Shown: positions 1 through 15,784, counted from the first letter of the stretch. The stretch is 64,000 nucleotides of DNA from Callorhinchus milii (GCF_018977255.1 NW_024704743.1:98706001-98770000); one strand, 5' to 3'. The notes: a model not told the origin generated them from the sequence alone. Made by a program: numbers and translations.

Positions 1-229
1 ACTTTCACCAATAGCCTAGTGAGTAAAACACCTGTTCAATTGCTATCTAGAGACCCCAGTTGAAAGGTGCATATTTGTGGGTGTCAAGTGAGGACAGAAT
101 TGGGCATCTCAGCAATGATGCCTCATGCTGTAAAACAGCTTGCCAACATTCACCATCAAGACTCAACAGAAAGAATGGCCATTTTTACAAAGTACTGGAG
201 GCCATCCAGCACCCTTGGAACTATGTACC

Positions 230-660
230 CAGTCCAGTAGAAGGTAAAAGTAGAAAAGGAGGTGAGAGACATGCAAAGGTTCGCGCAAGTAAGGATGTGG
301 AGGCCAATTTTAACATGAGCTGGAACTTGTGGAGCATGAAGCTGAAGAAGCCAACAAGGAAGGTATTTGAAAAGCCAAGTCTGGAGATGACCAAGGTATA
401 AATGAGGGTTTTGGCAGCATTGGGCATCAAATAGAGATGGGTGATGTGGAGACAATGCAGAAAATCAATCTTGGTCAGGGACCATATGTAAGGGAGGAAA
501 GACAGCTAAGGGCCAAATTGAACACTAAGATTCAATGAGTGGAGAGACAATGGCCAGGAAGTCAGAGCCTAAAACAAGGAGTCAAGAAGGATGGCTTCTG
601 TCTTGTCTCTGTTTAGTTGAATAATGAGAATAGTGTGTAGAAGGCAGTAGAGAGCAGTAT
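230..660 (-). mobile_element. Old L2-like fragment
   Basis: Degenerate similarity to L2 ORF2 C-terminus (tggagcatgaagctgaag...gaaaagccaagtctggagatgaccaagg). Confidence 0.6.
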
Positions 661-3600
661 AACTACAGCAAGCAATCCAGTGATGGACATTATAGGTAGT
701 TGTTGCACAATTCTCAGAGTAGCTTAGTTTATCTTATGGGCTGACAGTTTGGAGCTACCAACCTCAGGTATGACCTGTGCAGAGATTATTTACCAATATG
801 CCAATTGTATTGGGTTCTATTGTCTCATTTGAATAATTTTGTGTAGCATGACACAAAGCCTGATTCATTTTTCTTACAACCAAAATGGAAAAAGCAAAAA
901 CAGAATACTGGATTAAACACACACAACTAAAACGGTGGAAATGTCTGATTTCAGTCACTGTGTTCAGTCATTGTGTGTGTTGATATGTTCAGTCATCAAC
1001 CTGCTGAGCTTTGAGTACAAGATTTCTACTTGATTGCTAGCTCATAAACCTACTTGAACTCACATAAATAGATAAATGAAAGGGTCTAAGGTTAAGGGAT
1101 ATTGGATGAAGGAATTGATTACCCCTCCCCCCCCCCAACACACATTGCAACTGTGGAGATTTAATTTATATTTCCCCTGCCAACTAGTTATTTGTGTCAT
1201 GAAAATACACAAATAGATTCCAGAATTTGTGGTTTCATCAAGAAACTGATAAGATGAGAAATCATCTCCACATAACTGTAATTCTTTGATAAGAGCATAC
1301 AAGTTTAACAAAGGCAGTTGATTTCGATATTTTAAAATCAGAAATGAACATGAAAGAAAATACAGTAACGATAAGAGTTGGGTGGCATCACATTTGGTAG
1401 GAACATTGGCAAGAAGTGATGATGCATCATTCCTTCAAATCACAACTAATCTTCAATGAGGAGATGGATTGCTAGAAATTATTATGGTCATAATTTAAAT
1501 CAAAGGTGCTCAAATGTCCAACTGCAAGTCAAGCAGCAGCAGTTTATGACTCATCTAAACCCTGACACAAGCAGAGCAATTTGTCCAAAGTAGGCAGGAA
1601 CAAATTTATTGCCATCACTACTAAAGATTAATTTCTCCTCTGCAACGGGGCACATAAACTTACACATGAAAATAAAGGTACTTCTGTGCCTTGGTGACTA
1701 TTTTCATCAACCAATGAATGTATTTATCCAATACATCAAATATATATAGGAAAGTAATGGAAAACAAATTTCTAAACCACAAAATTCTTAATATAGCAAG
1801 CTCTTGACCTTGGTCAGTTGAAGGAGACATCACATGGCATTTTTCTCCCACCACTGTTCACAATTAATCCTCTTGTAGTCCATCTCCAACTAACCTTAAT
1901 TCTTAAAGGCCCTGTGTTTTAACCACATACACAAATGAATCATACATTGCAATTGTATGAAATGTATACGGTCTAGATTGTTTGTTTGAATTTGTATTTT
2001 AAGCTACTATACATAGCTCTCCAATGTTTCATTGGTGAAATGTTCGCCCAAGAATGTCAGCAAACCACTACTGATCAGAAAATACCACATTTGATCCGTA
2101 AATCTGATCGGATAAATAATCTCAATAGAAACAAGACAGTGGTACTGGTGCCAAGAATTTTTTTTTTTGATGGTGCGGGGAGGGGGCGTTGAAAGTCTGG
2201 TTACCTTAAACCAATTAATATCCTGTGATCTATGCTGCAAGTTGCAAGGGCAGGGTCAGGCTCACTTGTGATGTCAAGTGCTCACACATTAAGAATGGCC
2301 TCTTCAATGAGGTTCTGGAGCACTGCTGCCACCTGTGGAACTCTAAGGAGTAAACTGTTAAGGAGTAAAAACCAATATAAAAATGTACAAAATTCATTCA
2401 ATTTGGATTTGAATTATTGTTTGTCGGGTATTTGATACAGTACAGATTTTAAAATTCCACAAAACAACTTAATACAATAGGGTTATAAAACACCTGAAGG
2501 CAGGAATTTATAATTGAATATAACCATAGAAGCTGATCATCAATCTGATTTTTCAATTTCAGCCATATAATTCATGTCTGATACAAATTTATAATCTGAA
2601 TTCCTCGATTCAAATTAATTAATCCTACATTAACTGCTGAATTTAAAATAAATTTCTAGACATGGTTACCAGAAATAACCCTTGAAACTCATCCTTTCTG
2701 AAATAAATCTAATTCATGTATACAGTCAAATCTTACACCATTGATGGATTACTGCATCTTAATGCAAATACTTTATACAGTGATGTAAAAAACACATTAA
2801 TTGTAGAATGGAATAACATTACAACATCATATCTAACAATTACTTTATATCTAACAGTACACTGAACACTCAAAATGCTCCATTTTAATTAAACTTGAAA
2901 CTCAATATCATTTAAATATTGAAGCTCACTTGTTTAAATTCACTGATGTCCTGAGCACCGAAAAGAGAACTGCAGCTTCCCTTGGCAGTGACAGTTTTGG
3001 TCAAGATGCATACAGGCAAATAAAATCTTAAGTATCAGATATGCTACTCAACTAAGTTCAAAGCATTTTTTAAATATTAGTTTTGACGGAATGGCACACT
3101 ATTACTGGAATGGCATTTTGACAGAATGGCATCTTAAACATTTGATGTACTGTTAGATATAAAGTAATGTTAGATTGATGTGTAATGTTATTCCATTACA
3201 CAAATTCAAATAGTATGACAAAAAAAACTTTCAAATAGAGTGTAAGAAATGGTCTCTATCACACATATTTAACTACTGTTAAATAAAAGAGCGCATCAAT
3301 TTGATACCAATCAAACACTAATAAATCTCTAATTTTTAACAAATACCTGTTTTTAACAAATCCCAAATCTGATTTCGCAGTTTACGGCAATTTCCAAATC
3401 AACATCTCAATTCATATTTATCTAATACCATAGCTTTCACATATCTTCTTGTAGAAGTACAATCAAGTTTCATAGATACTAGCCATTTCAGGTCAAATAC
3501 TTAGCAAAAGCCGTGTGAGACCATCTTGAGGACCAAGCTCTGAATATAAGCTAATTTATGCAGACCAAGAAAATCTGCTAGGTTCGATATCCAACACATT

Positions 3601-4468
3601 TATTTACATTGGTGGTCTACCAATCTATCATGCTTCCCCCTAACTCCAGCAGTCAGCTCCATCTGCACAAAACCAACTACAATGTTTGTATCAATGGCTT
3701 ATATCTTTCTAATACTCTAAAGGTATTTAAATATATATCTGCCCATTCAGCTAGAAGTTAAAGATGCTATGACATAATTCAAAGAGGGTGTTCTGACCAA
3801 TGATACCCCAAATAAAACTAATCATTCATTACCTGGCTGTTTGTGAGACACTTGCTGTGCACAAATGGACTGCCACATTTACTTACAAATACACCGACTA
3901 TAATTACTGTTTGGGCACTATATGAATTGAAAGCTTTATTCTTAAGTATAAAGCATACAGAACCAAAAATCACTTTAGCTGCATGGAGCAGTGTTGAGTT
4001 AGCAGTTAACTTTTGGTGGATCAATTATACAAGAATACAATTTACATTTAAGATTGGTAGTTCGTCTTAAGTTGGGGCTGGAGCCAAAAGGGGTGGGGAG
4101 GGGAAAGCTGACCAGAAGTGCAGTCAGAGGTAAGTTTTGAAACAATTTTAACAAGGCAAGTGAGGAAGGGGGGAAAGCAAGCAAAAGAGGGAGGTATCCA
4201 CAGAAAACTAGGATACATATAACGCATAATCAAAAGGCTCTTCTGCAGAGTCACTGGGTTTCCTGCCAGTACTGACAACGTAATAAATATTCCACTTTGT
4301 CAATCACTGTTTGGAGCTTGCTCTTGCCTTTGCTTAAGAGAAATGGTTATTCTCGAATGACATTAACTACAAAGAAAATATATATTTTTTATAAAAAGAT
4401 AAACAAACATGTAACAAATTGCAAGAGTAAGACTACTGAGGCTACTAAGTAGATATTGTGTGACGTCA

Positions 4469-4774
<306 letters not shown>

Positions 4775-4964
4775 TCAAATACACAAATATTTCATTAAAC
4801 ATTGAAGGCAATATGAATAGTATTGGGAGAAAATGGGGAAGAGAACATAAGGAAATAAGGGACAACAAAATAAATATTTAAAAAATATATAATTACGTCA
4901 CATATACTTCTGTAAACCTCCCAGCAAATCTAGGGTTTTAAAAATAAAATTATTATGCATGGCT

Positions 4965-5651
4965 ACAACAACAACAACAACAACAAGATTCCATTTATAA
5001 AGCGCCTTTCACGTCAGGAGGACGTCCCAAGGCGCTGCACAGTTGGGTCATGACCCGAGCAGGGGGGAAATGGTCAGGGTGAGGGAAGGGAGGGAGCAAG
5101 GAGGGGGGAAATGGTCAGGGTGAGGGGAGGGAAGGGAGGGAGCGAGGAGGGGGAAGAGAGTCGAGAGGGGAGCTGAAGGCACGGTCAAAGAGAAAGGTTT
5201 TGAGACCGGCCTTGAAGGAGGAAAGGGAGGAGGCGGCGAAGGCACTGGGGGATGGAGTTCCAGAGCCTGGGGGCTGAGAGGCTGAAGGCCCGACCACCGA
5301 TGGTAGGGCGGTTGGGGCGGGGGACGTGGAGCAGACCGGAGCCAGAGGAATGGAGGGTACGGGCAGGTAGGTAGGGGGATAGTAGGTCGGAGAGGTAGGA
5401 GGGAGCAAGGCCGTGAATGGCCTTGTAGGTGAGGATGAGGATCTTGAAATCAATCCTCTGGGGGATGGGGAGCCAGTGGAGGCGAGCGAGGGTGGGAGTG
5501 ATGTGGTCCCGAAGCCTGGTGCGGGACAGTACACGAGCTGCAGAGTTCTGAATGACCTGCAGCTTGTGGAGGGAGGTGGCGGGAAGGCCGGCGAGGAGAG
5601 AGTTCCCATAGTCCAGCCTTGAGGTGACAAAGGCGTGGACCAGAGTTTCAG
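4965..5651 (-). mobile_element. L2 LINE 3' fragment
   Basis: Closely similar to 27030-27660; (TTG)n tail; ~40-bp tandem duplication in the 3' UTR at ~5061-5150. Confidence 0.93.
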
Positions 5652-6802
5652 GCTACATTATTATTTTAAGCTAAATCCCAGTACTTACATTTTTAACATT
5701 TACCAGCATGCACAAAACTGCTAAAATGTGAAGAAAATCTAGTATTGTACAAGTATAAATTACTTTCATTTCAGAAGAACCAACTGTTAAAATAGTATAT
5801 AAAATTATACTGCATTGAGTATATTGGAGAGAAACAAACATTTGTTGCACAAGAATATACCATTCTAACAAATCACAAATATCAATGCCAGTTACATTGC
5901 ATAGAAATAATTTGGAAGTTCAGATAGGATTCAGGCCATTTTAGATTGCTGATACCAAACTCTGGAGAGGGGTAAAAGAGAGAAAACAAAAATATGCCCA
6001 GGTTGGGGAAATGAAAACTTGTCTGGGTTCCACTCAACTGTTATTTTGACCAAGGCTGTGAAGTATTTTGGCCACCATGTAAGAGCATGACTAGGATTAA
6101 GATGTAATCTTTAACTCCCCCATCCCCGTCACACACACCCATCCCACCAACCCAGGGGACAGATAGTACAGTTGTTACTCATTGTCAACACTCACACGAA
6201 TTAGAAGACAAATAGTGCTCATGGAATTGTACCTCAGTTGGAGGAAAATAATCAAATGATTCAGTAGGGAGATTTTTTTTAACTTTTGAAACATGGCCAG
6301 CAATGTAACTATTGGGTTATACAAATTCAGTTCATTATAGGTTTTTAATTTTACGCTATACTATATATAGATAGCGGATCTCCAAAGTAAATCAGTAAAA
6401 CTTGTTCTTTCTGTCAGAAGATGGAACTTTATTTTTTAATCCTAAACACTTCAAAAAATATATACAAAATATCCACGCGGACATATTTATGGTTACTTTC
6501 TTCAATTTAATGCATCTCACCAGCAATATAATTTGCGACCCTTAATTCCCACCCAATCTTCGAATACGCACATGAATCCAGACAGTTTTAATTTGAATGT
6601 CTGTTAAGAACTGCTGAAAATTTAAGAATTTTCCACAATTCTGCATGTTTTAAAAATTTAAAACAGCATGATCTTACAAGCAAATACTAGGTGGAATTCC
6701 ACAACTATGTTCTAAACAAATGGCATTCTCATGTTTACACAGAATCCATTCTTTTGTTATTAACAGTCAATTCATAAGAAGCAAGTTGAGCTTTAAAGTT
6801 TA

Positions 6803-7033
<231 letters not shown>

Positions 7034-7517
7034 TTAAAAAAATCAATATTTTTATACTTCATCATCACATACAAAATAGTCAAGCATCAAAAATTCATTA
7101 CTGAAATATCATGTTAGTATATTAAATGAGTAAGCTTTCTATATTTCACATCTAGTGTACATAATATGCAGCATTTATAGATGGATTGGAGGCTCCCTTT
7201 TCTTTCTCAATCTGTAGTTAGGTTGTGTTATCCTCTGTTCATGGATCAGTCACATCTAAGGATAAATACTTACGATTCTTACTCCTAAAAAAATACTGCC
7301 AATTAAGGAAAGGTGATGGGGTGGGGGAGAAGACTAAAATGTACCAATGTTTATCTGCAATGAATTGGACCAGATTATGCTTTATTACATTCATTACTAG
7401 ATTCTTAAAGGTAGTTTACTCCTTTTATGCTTTTCAAGCAATTAATCTACAGTTCTTGTCAGTCTACAAAAAAAGTGTTCAAATTATGTGCCTTTGGAGA
7501 ATTTCTCTTGCATTCGT

Positions 7518-7859
7518 AGAGTCTTGTAGCTCAGTGGTTAGAGCGCTCGCCTCGCAAGCGAGAGACCTGGGTTTGATTCCCGGCAGGTGAAACGGTGGGC
7601 AAGTTTCCTTATTCTACATGCCTATTTATCTAGCACTAAGTAGGAACCCACCCAATTGTTAGTCGATTGATGGATTGTTTTTCCGGGGGTAATAAATCCT
7701 TTTTAAAAAAATATATTGGTCACTTCAATCCACAACTGTTTGTGGGACACTGCTGTGAGCAATTGGCTGCCATGTTTAGCCCACAAAATATACAGTCAAT
7801 TCACTTTACAGTATATTCTGTGAAGCGCTTTGAGACATCTCGAAGACGTGATAAGGCAA
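7518..7859 (+). mobile_element. tRNA-Ala-derived SINE, long form
   Basis: A box TAGCTCAGTGG, arm CTCGC-CTCGCAA-GCGAG, B-box-like GGTTTGATTCCC, central module, Deu-like segment, LINE-type tail. Confidence 0.9.
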
Positions 7860-7860
7860 G

Positions 7861-8032
7861 TACGGTCCCACTGAGGTGGATGACAGAGGAAAGGTGGTGG
7901 AGGAGGATGACATGGTCGACTGTGTCGAACACCGCAGAGGGGTCCAGGAGGCAGAGGGAGCCCTGGTCACAGAAAGAGAGGATGTCGTCTGTGACTTTCA
8001 CAAGCGCAGTCTCTGGGGACCCCCAGCACTGC
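7861..8032 (-). mobile_element. L2 internal RT fragment
   Basis: [12 protein letters not shown]...[14 protein letters not shown]; abuts a truncated SINE tail. Confidence 0.85.
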
Positions 8033-8257
8033 ATTGGAGAGAGTGATACTGTGCCTTGCTGACAACAGATTCAATCAACAATCTAAAGTAGGGTCACCAG
8101 GGCCTCAATGAATAGCAGACTAAAAAGAATTTTGCCCTGCTGCAATGTAAAATCAATTTAAACCAGTGAAGAGAAATGAATGCAACGTTAATTTTTATTT
8201 GTAAGATTCTATCATATTGTCTCAGCTGCCTACCGAATTGTCTTATAAGACAAACTC

Positions 8258-9620
8258 ACAACAACAAAATTCCATTTATAGAGCACCTTTCACTTCGGGA
8301 AGACATCAAAAGGTGTTTGGACATTCAAGGGTCAGGACCCAAGCAAGGGGGAGGGGTGGGGTAGGGGTGAGGGAAGGCAGAGAAGTGGGAGGGCGACCGA
8401 AGGCACGATTCGAAGAGGAGGGTCTTGAGACTGGCCTTGAAGGAGGCAAGGGAGAAAGCGAGGCAAAGGAGCTGTGGGATGCAGTTCCAGAGTGTGGGGG
8501 CAGAGAGGCTGAAAGCTTGGCCGTCGACGGTAGAGCGGGTCAGGCGGGAGACATGGAGCAGGCCAGAGCCCAATGAACAGTGGGAGCGGGCAGGTTGGCC
8601 ATGGATGGCCTTGAAAGTGAGGACGAGGATCTTGAATTTGATCCACTGAGGGATGGGGAACCAGTGGAGTCGGGTGAGGGTGGGAGTGATGGGGTCACGG
8701 AGCCTGGGGCGGAGAGTACAGGAGCTGTAGAATTTTGGACGATCTGCAGCTTGTGAAGGGAAGAGTTGGGAAGGCCGATGAGCAGGGAATTTCCATAATC
8801 GAGCCTTGATGTGATGAATGTGTGGGTGAGGGTTTCGGCAGCCTGAGGGGTGAGGCAGTGGCGGAGTCTGGCAATGTTGTGGAGCGGGTGGTAGGCAGTG
8901 CCGGTCATGGCATGGATGTGGGGTAGAAAGGACAGTTCAGGGTCAAACAAGACACCCAGGTTCCTGACTGGCTTAGTGAGGTTGAGTGTGCAGCCGTGGA
9001 GGCTGATGCTACCAGCACCAGAGGCAGTGTGAGAGGTAGGACCTGAACCAGTCAAGGACAGAATCTTGGGAGGAGAAGAGTAGGTGGAGGAGGATTGAAT
9101 GGTCCACAGTGTCAAAAACGGCGGAGAGGCCGAGGAGGACGAGGAGGCAGAGGGAGCCCTGGTCACACGTGGTCAGGATGCCATTTGTGACCTTGACCAG
9201 AGCAGTTACCATGCTGTGGGCAGCACGGAAACCCAATTGGAGGGGCTCACAGAGTGAGTTGGAGGAGAGGAAAAAGCGAAGCTGGGAGGCAACGATTCTC
9301 TCAAGGACCTTGGACAGAAAAGGGAGGTTGGAGATGGGCCGGTAGCTGGATAGCTGTGATGGGTGAAGGGAAGGGTTCTTCAAGATGGGGGTGATAGTGG
9401 CTGTTTTGAGAGGGGAAGGAACATTGCAAGATGACAAGGAGAGGTTGATGATGTCGGCGAGTAGTGGGGCAAGGAGGTGGAGCTGGGATTTAAGGAGAGG
9501 GGTGGGGGGGGGATGGGGTCCATGGAGTAGGTGGTGGGCTTCATGAAGGATATGGTGGTAATGATAGAGGAGGGGGTGACAGATTCAGAAGTGTGGAAGG
9601 AGGGATGGGTAGTGGTCAGA
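8258..9620 (-). mobile_element. L2 LINE fragment with internal deletion
   Basis: YRPISNLPFLSKVLE, NLGVLFD and [10 protein letters not shown] segments; the QG-YADD region is deleted near 9010; (TTG)n tail. Confidence 0.92.
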
Positions 9621-10899
9621 GTGTGGCAAAATACCCAGTTATTATGCAAGATTCAAATCTTGATCCAGATAGAGCAACAATGAAGCACTTAGTTGAGGAA
9701 TTCAAAACACCTGACTTTGGAGCTACCTAAAGCATGACAAATGAGTCACTAGAGTGTTCCAGAGATGGGCAGCACAGCTTAAATCAGTGGAGAAGCTATG
9801 CCAAAATAAATTATTCTGGACCAGAGTAGGGCTTTCAAGAATTAAAGATAAATTATTTTTCAGCCTCTGGACCTTAGAAAAGTTTACATTGCAAGGACAT
9901 AACAGCAGCCGGAAGGGCAAGATAAACACAAGGATACTTCCAATGAAACAGGATAAACTATCCCATGCCCTGCCTGCCAATACTTAAGGCCAGCAATACA
10001 TTAAACACGGGCACTGAAGGATGATCAGAGAATTTGTGGAAGCACACATGCAAGAAAAATGAACCAAATGCCTGCAGAAAAGGAAGAGAGAGAGAAAAAA
10101 ATTGACAAAATAAAAATAAAATCAACTTGCAAGATAGAAAACAAAAGGATATCAAATGGGAATTATTGCTGAGGAGCAGGGTTTGAGTCTGGTTTTCTGG
10201 CTCCTGGTTTTCTGATACCACTTTTACATTGCTGGTTAATCTGGTTTTCCTAGCATCAAATCTATCAAAATCCTACTCTCAATGCCTCAAAATGCAGAAG
10301 ATAAAATTCAATAACGCAGAGTGAAAAAACTGCACAAAAGGAGGCTCAGGGACATTCTGTGCCTGCAGAGATGTCATGGACTCATTTTGTAATAAGCAAA
10401 GACATTGAACACGCATGTTCAAATTGCCATTATGGGATTAAGGAGATTTCCGCCAAATAAGAGTGGCAGAATAATGGAAAAAAGGCAGGGGCAAAGTAGC
10501 CTGATTTTCAGGATATTTCCAAGCTACCAATACCTTTATAATCAGCAGAGGTGGCCCAAAAAAATGGTTCTCCAATGGGTGAGAGTATTGCTGTGATCAC
10601 TGTCCAGCGCCTTGGGACGTCCTCCCGACATGAAAGGCGCTATACAAATATAATCTTGTTGTTGTTCTTGATCAGCACAATTTAGACAATGATATCAAGA
10701 GGTCTGCAATAACGCATAAAGTTATTTAACACACGTGGTTTCTGGAGGCCATACAATAGCAAAAATTCCACCTTACAGGTTAGCAATCAGGTCTCTGGAC
10801 TCTAGGTAAAAGAGTGGGAAGACTCGAAATGAAATGTTCTCCAATTCGACTTTCAAGTTTGAACATTTATTTAGGACAAATAAAAAAGGGCTCTCCAAT

Positions 10900-11270
10900 G
10901 AAACATAAGCTAAATATGGGCAAGACTAAATCCATCTTCCTTGCCTCTCGTCAACATCTACTCACCTCCAATGAGCTCCAATGTCTTCAGTCTCTCTCCC
11001 TCAAACTAACCTTTGTCACCTCCCACATTGATTTCTCAAACTCACTCCTCACTGGTGAAGATCTAGGTCATAAAACTCGGCTGCTCTCAAGCTTGCCCAC
11101 ACCAGACTCAGTAACCCCATTACCCCAGTCCTCACCAGGCTCCACTGGCTCAGTATTCAAATGGATCGATTTTAAGATTCTCACGCTCATATATAAATGT
11201 GCCACTGTACAGCCTCTGAGACACTAAACTGCATAAAGGATGTTATGTAAATGCAAGTTGCTGTCGTTGA
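10900..11270 (+). mobile_element. Old L2 fragment
   Basis: KLNMGKTKSI, TFVTSHIDFSNSLL and WIDFKIL remnants; tail aatgcaagttgctgtcgttg. Confidence 0.7.
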
Positions 11271-11914
11271 ACAATTAATTCCAACAGGTTTTGATAATTT
11301 TCTTTCTATTTTCTTGATGCATTCATGAGGGAGAAGGGAATTTAGGTTGTGGCAGAGGGGAATAGAAGTGGTGGAGGCTTGTGTGGAGTATAAGCAACAC
11401 ACATTAATTGGGCTGAATAACCTGTTTCTGTACTGTATCATTCTATGTAATTCTATATAAAATATGGCTTTCACTGCAAAATTCAATGAAGCAAACAAAA
11501 AGATAGCAAGATTTACAAACCCCCACTTGAGACCCGCTATGGAAAAATTTTCATCACCAAGATAGGAAAAAAATTAAACAAACCTCTAATTTTTTAATGT
11601 AATGTATTTTTTATGTGAAATTACTTCACAAATATTCTACTTCTGTGTAAGAGTATTTCAAGCCTAATAATGTAAACATTTGTTACATAACTGTTCATGT
11701 CATGATTATTTGTCTTTAGAGCAAGTGAATGCTGACACCTAATGGTCAAACATCTGTAATGCAACTCAATATACATTCTAGACACAACCTATTTGCAAAA
11801 ACATTCTCCAGCCAAAAAAACTGTACCATGATAACCATTTTTGAAATGTTTCTTGAAGAACGCAAATAACTTGGATTCTGCTGTTGAATACACATCAGAA
11901 ATCTAGATAATAAG

Positions 11915-12180
11915 CTTGGCTTTCCTCACCTCTGCAACATTGCAGCCTCTGCCACTACTTCCCCCCACCCAGTTACTGAAGCCCATGTCCATACTTTCAT
12001 CATGCCTAGGCTTAATTATTCCAATGCCCTAACTTGCCAGATTCCTCGAGCAACTACCTATATAAGATGCATACTATCCACAACCCAGCAGTCGTGTTTA
12101 TTATCCCCATCCTCGCTCGGCTCCACACATTCTCCAGTCCCCTGCAGAACAAATTAAAAATCCTCATCCACACCTTTTAT
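11915..12180 (+). mobile_element. Old L2 fragment
   Basis: ttcctcacctctgcaacattgc...gtccatactttcatcatgcctaggcttaattattccaatgccc resembles L2 ORF2 C-terminus. Confidence 0.65.
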
Positions 12181-15100
12181 AAGATTGGTTTACATATGGT
12201 TTCATAACTCAAAATTTATGTCCTTTTGTTCAACTGCCTTAATGCAACCAAGAGTATTATTCTGAGTTTACTTTTTCAATCCCATTCGTGTTGTTATACA
12301 CCTCTATAGGGTTCTCTCTGAGTCAGCTTCTCCCAAGACCGGAGAGCCATTCGTTATACCTGTGAAAACTGGGGATCATCCTCATTCCTCTCCTCTGCAC
12401 TGGATTTGGGCAGCCCCCTTAAATTACAATGACTAGTACAAAGTATTCTGCATAGCAGACGAGAAACACAATGTACCTTGAGCATAATATGGGGATCTGA
12501 ACTCAACGGATTTGGTGATACATCCAGCTTCCAGTTTACCTTGTTTATTGCTGCTCAGTGATTTGACTTGGTGGGTGATGATGAGTCAACTAACATTGCT
12601 AAATCTCTTTCAGCTTCCCCCATGGAATACATGCATTTTTATTTGTACTTTCTTGCATCGATCTGCATTAAACTTCATTTTCCAGTTATTAGCCCAGCCT
12701 CCAGCCACAATCTCTTGCCCAAACCTTCCACTTGGCTACCTCAAGCATTACTTTCCCAATCCTCGGCAGATGAACCTTCAGCCAATCTACTTCTATCCAC
12801 TGGAACTCCCTACCAAAATTTCTGTGCCTCACCTCCCCTCTTTCACTCTTTAAAAGTCTCTTGAGACCTTATCCTAAATGAAAACTGCTGTAGAAAATGC
12901 AAGTTATTATTATTTATGCATAATCAAGTTTCTTTTTTGGTCCAACACATGCTGAAACCTATCAAGAATATCCAAATCAGACTGAAAGTTCCACATATAT
13001 GTGTTTCCTACACATATAAATTTCTCTGTGTGTCTTGAACGGAATGTACTCTCACTCCCAAGAGGGATGCACCCTGCTTACCTGAGGAAGGTTAGGTGCA
13101 GGTTGAAGAGTCTAGGCTTGAACAAGAGTGTGTGTTGGGGTATTGCTGGAGTACAGCCGTTTGAAACCACAGAGCTTGCTATTGAAAGCACTGTCAAGAA
13201 AACTTCTCACTGCTCATTTAGCTAAGACTATCCTACCTGTTTGACCTTTGATTTATAGGATTAACACAAGGCAAATGAAAAGTAACCCTGCAACCAGTCT
13301 GCCCCTCCAAGACCTGCCAATAAACCAGATTGGCTAGGCTGTCATCAGCAGGTCTCTGGACTATTGCAGACCTAGGAACCAGAACTTATAGCATGTAGAT
13401 AATACAAACTTGGACCTTAAAACACAAAATATTGTAGAAAGAGACCAACTCCCAAGCCTATCCTATATGAGGACTAGATCAAGTCAATTACATATCAAAT
13501 TAAACCTTTTTTGGTATAATGATATGTTTGGACCAACAAAACAACTAATTTTCCATTTGTATAAAGAACTTGGAAAAATGTGTTGTGAATGTATTCAAGG
13601 AAAAAATAGTATGATTAAAATAGAGATAGATAATGGGGTGTGGACATTAATTAAATCAAATTCATGGTAAATTCACAGCCTGACAAAATGCCTTTTTTAA
13701 TAAAATTAAATGGAACAAATTCATAAACATGTTAATGTCACAATCTCATTTGTGTGTAACTAACTATCTGTTATCTTTCTAAATTATTGTAAGCAGTTCT
13801 GCTCTCCTCTTAATCAAATGCATTTATTGAACCTTTGATGTTTGGAATGTTAATTATGTTGATTCATTCATCTGCTTATATCCTGTTTGAAATTTCCTGT
13901 CTCTGAGAAATAATTTATTATTTAAACATTATGTATTATAATCTTTTATGCTTTTTTCATCAAAATGCTCATCTGTGTCGGCAAATTAAAGATATGCTTT
14001 GAACCACCAATATTTGCATTGCTAAAAAAAGTCTACAAAAAGTATTCAATTTCCAAAAAAGAAGTCTCATATAGACAGTGGTCAAATTCTCAATGGGAGT
14101 TAATACAGCCATGAGAACTTTGCTCATCATGCATAACAAGCAAACAGAAATAATGTGCAAGTCAGTCTAGACGCATCTGAGAGGCAAGATCGCAACAGTA
14201 AAGCACTGTTTTTTTAGTTTTAAAAACAGAATACCAACCTTGCAAAGATCTGAATTCTATGCTAAAAAAGCTAAATTTTGCAAATATTTCTGTAAGAAAA
14301 AAAACTAAATAATAATATAATAATAATCCTTGCATTCGATATAGAGCCTTATCAAGTTTACTAGACAACAACATACACTTATATAACACCTGCCACACAA
14401 GGTAGCATCTCAGAGCACTTAACAGTGGCAGAGCCTAACTTCATCACGTCTCAAAACACTTCATAAAATATACTGTAAAGTGAATTGACTGTATATTTGT
14501 GGGAAAAATGCAGCAACCAATTGCGCACAGCAGCGTTCCACAAACAATCGTTGATTAAGTGAGCAAATTTTTTTTGAGGGATTATTAGCTATGTGTACAG
14601 TAGTGAAGGCAATAATTGCCTTTTGCCATCCAATTGCTAACCATCACATAATATTTGTTCTGTTTAGGAAGTTGAGGATGGGTGGGGGCCCACCTGCCTC
14701 TTAAGCAAAGTGATGTTGGGTTAATAGTAAAAACCTCTTGGCTCTATGGCACCTCATGATGATCTGGGAATGTAACAAACATGCAACACCTTATTTTAAA
14801 TAAATAAATAAACAAACAAACAAATACAAGGAAGCCCTGTTATACTATAACTGGCTGGGTCCAATGACTCAGCAGTTGTATTTATTATAAGCAAAGTGCA
14901 AAAAATAGTCAACTTCTGGGATATCGGGATGCTTCTGATGTCACTGTATATTGCATGCATGTGCTATGTGCTAACACGACATCAGCAAAGCTTCCTGTGC
15001 GTATCGGGAAGTGATATTAACTTCAATCTGACAATTGCAAAGTTGGCCTTTTTTTNAAGTGCAATTCCTGGATGTACTGCACTTTTACACCACAAAGAGG

Positions 15101-15412
15101 CCTGTACTATGTGAGCCAGTTCTATAATCTGGTACCCCTTGAGCCTACATATGTAAATACATTTATTCACACAAGTAGATAAATGAACACATTTTTAATA
15201 ATAAAATCCTTATTACGAGTTGTGCTCAACACAAATACACATTTTCTTCTAATTAATAACCATCGATATGTATCTGAAGTTGTTTTTAAATGAAGTTGAA
15301 TAATGTTTTAGGTGATAGGTCAAAAAAAACTTGAAAAATAGCATTTTATCAGCCATCATGTGATTCTGTTTTTAAAAAACAAAATGAAATTCTGCACAAT
15401 AAATTAACCTCA

Positions 15413-15541
<129 letters not shown>

Positions 15542-15784
15542 CTAGAAAAATATGAAAAACACTGAAAAATTAATTTAATAAAGGAAATTACTAAGAAATA
15601 CAAGTGTTGTACAGGTCATTCTCAAGTTCTCAATTTAAATTCATTTCAATTCCAGGCACTAACATTTGGTATTCAATTGAGTCTTTGTTAGATCTTAAAA
15701 ATATTCAATTGCCATTAGACTAAAAAGGGAACAAGAGCAAATTCTTACAATGTGAAAATCTCAGGCTACAACAATAGAAAGATT

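Noticed and set aside
13000..13400. Possible solo LTR (AATAAA near 13318)
   Set aside because: No clear TG...CA termini, target duplication or second copy.
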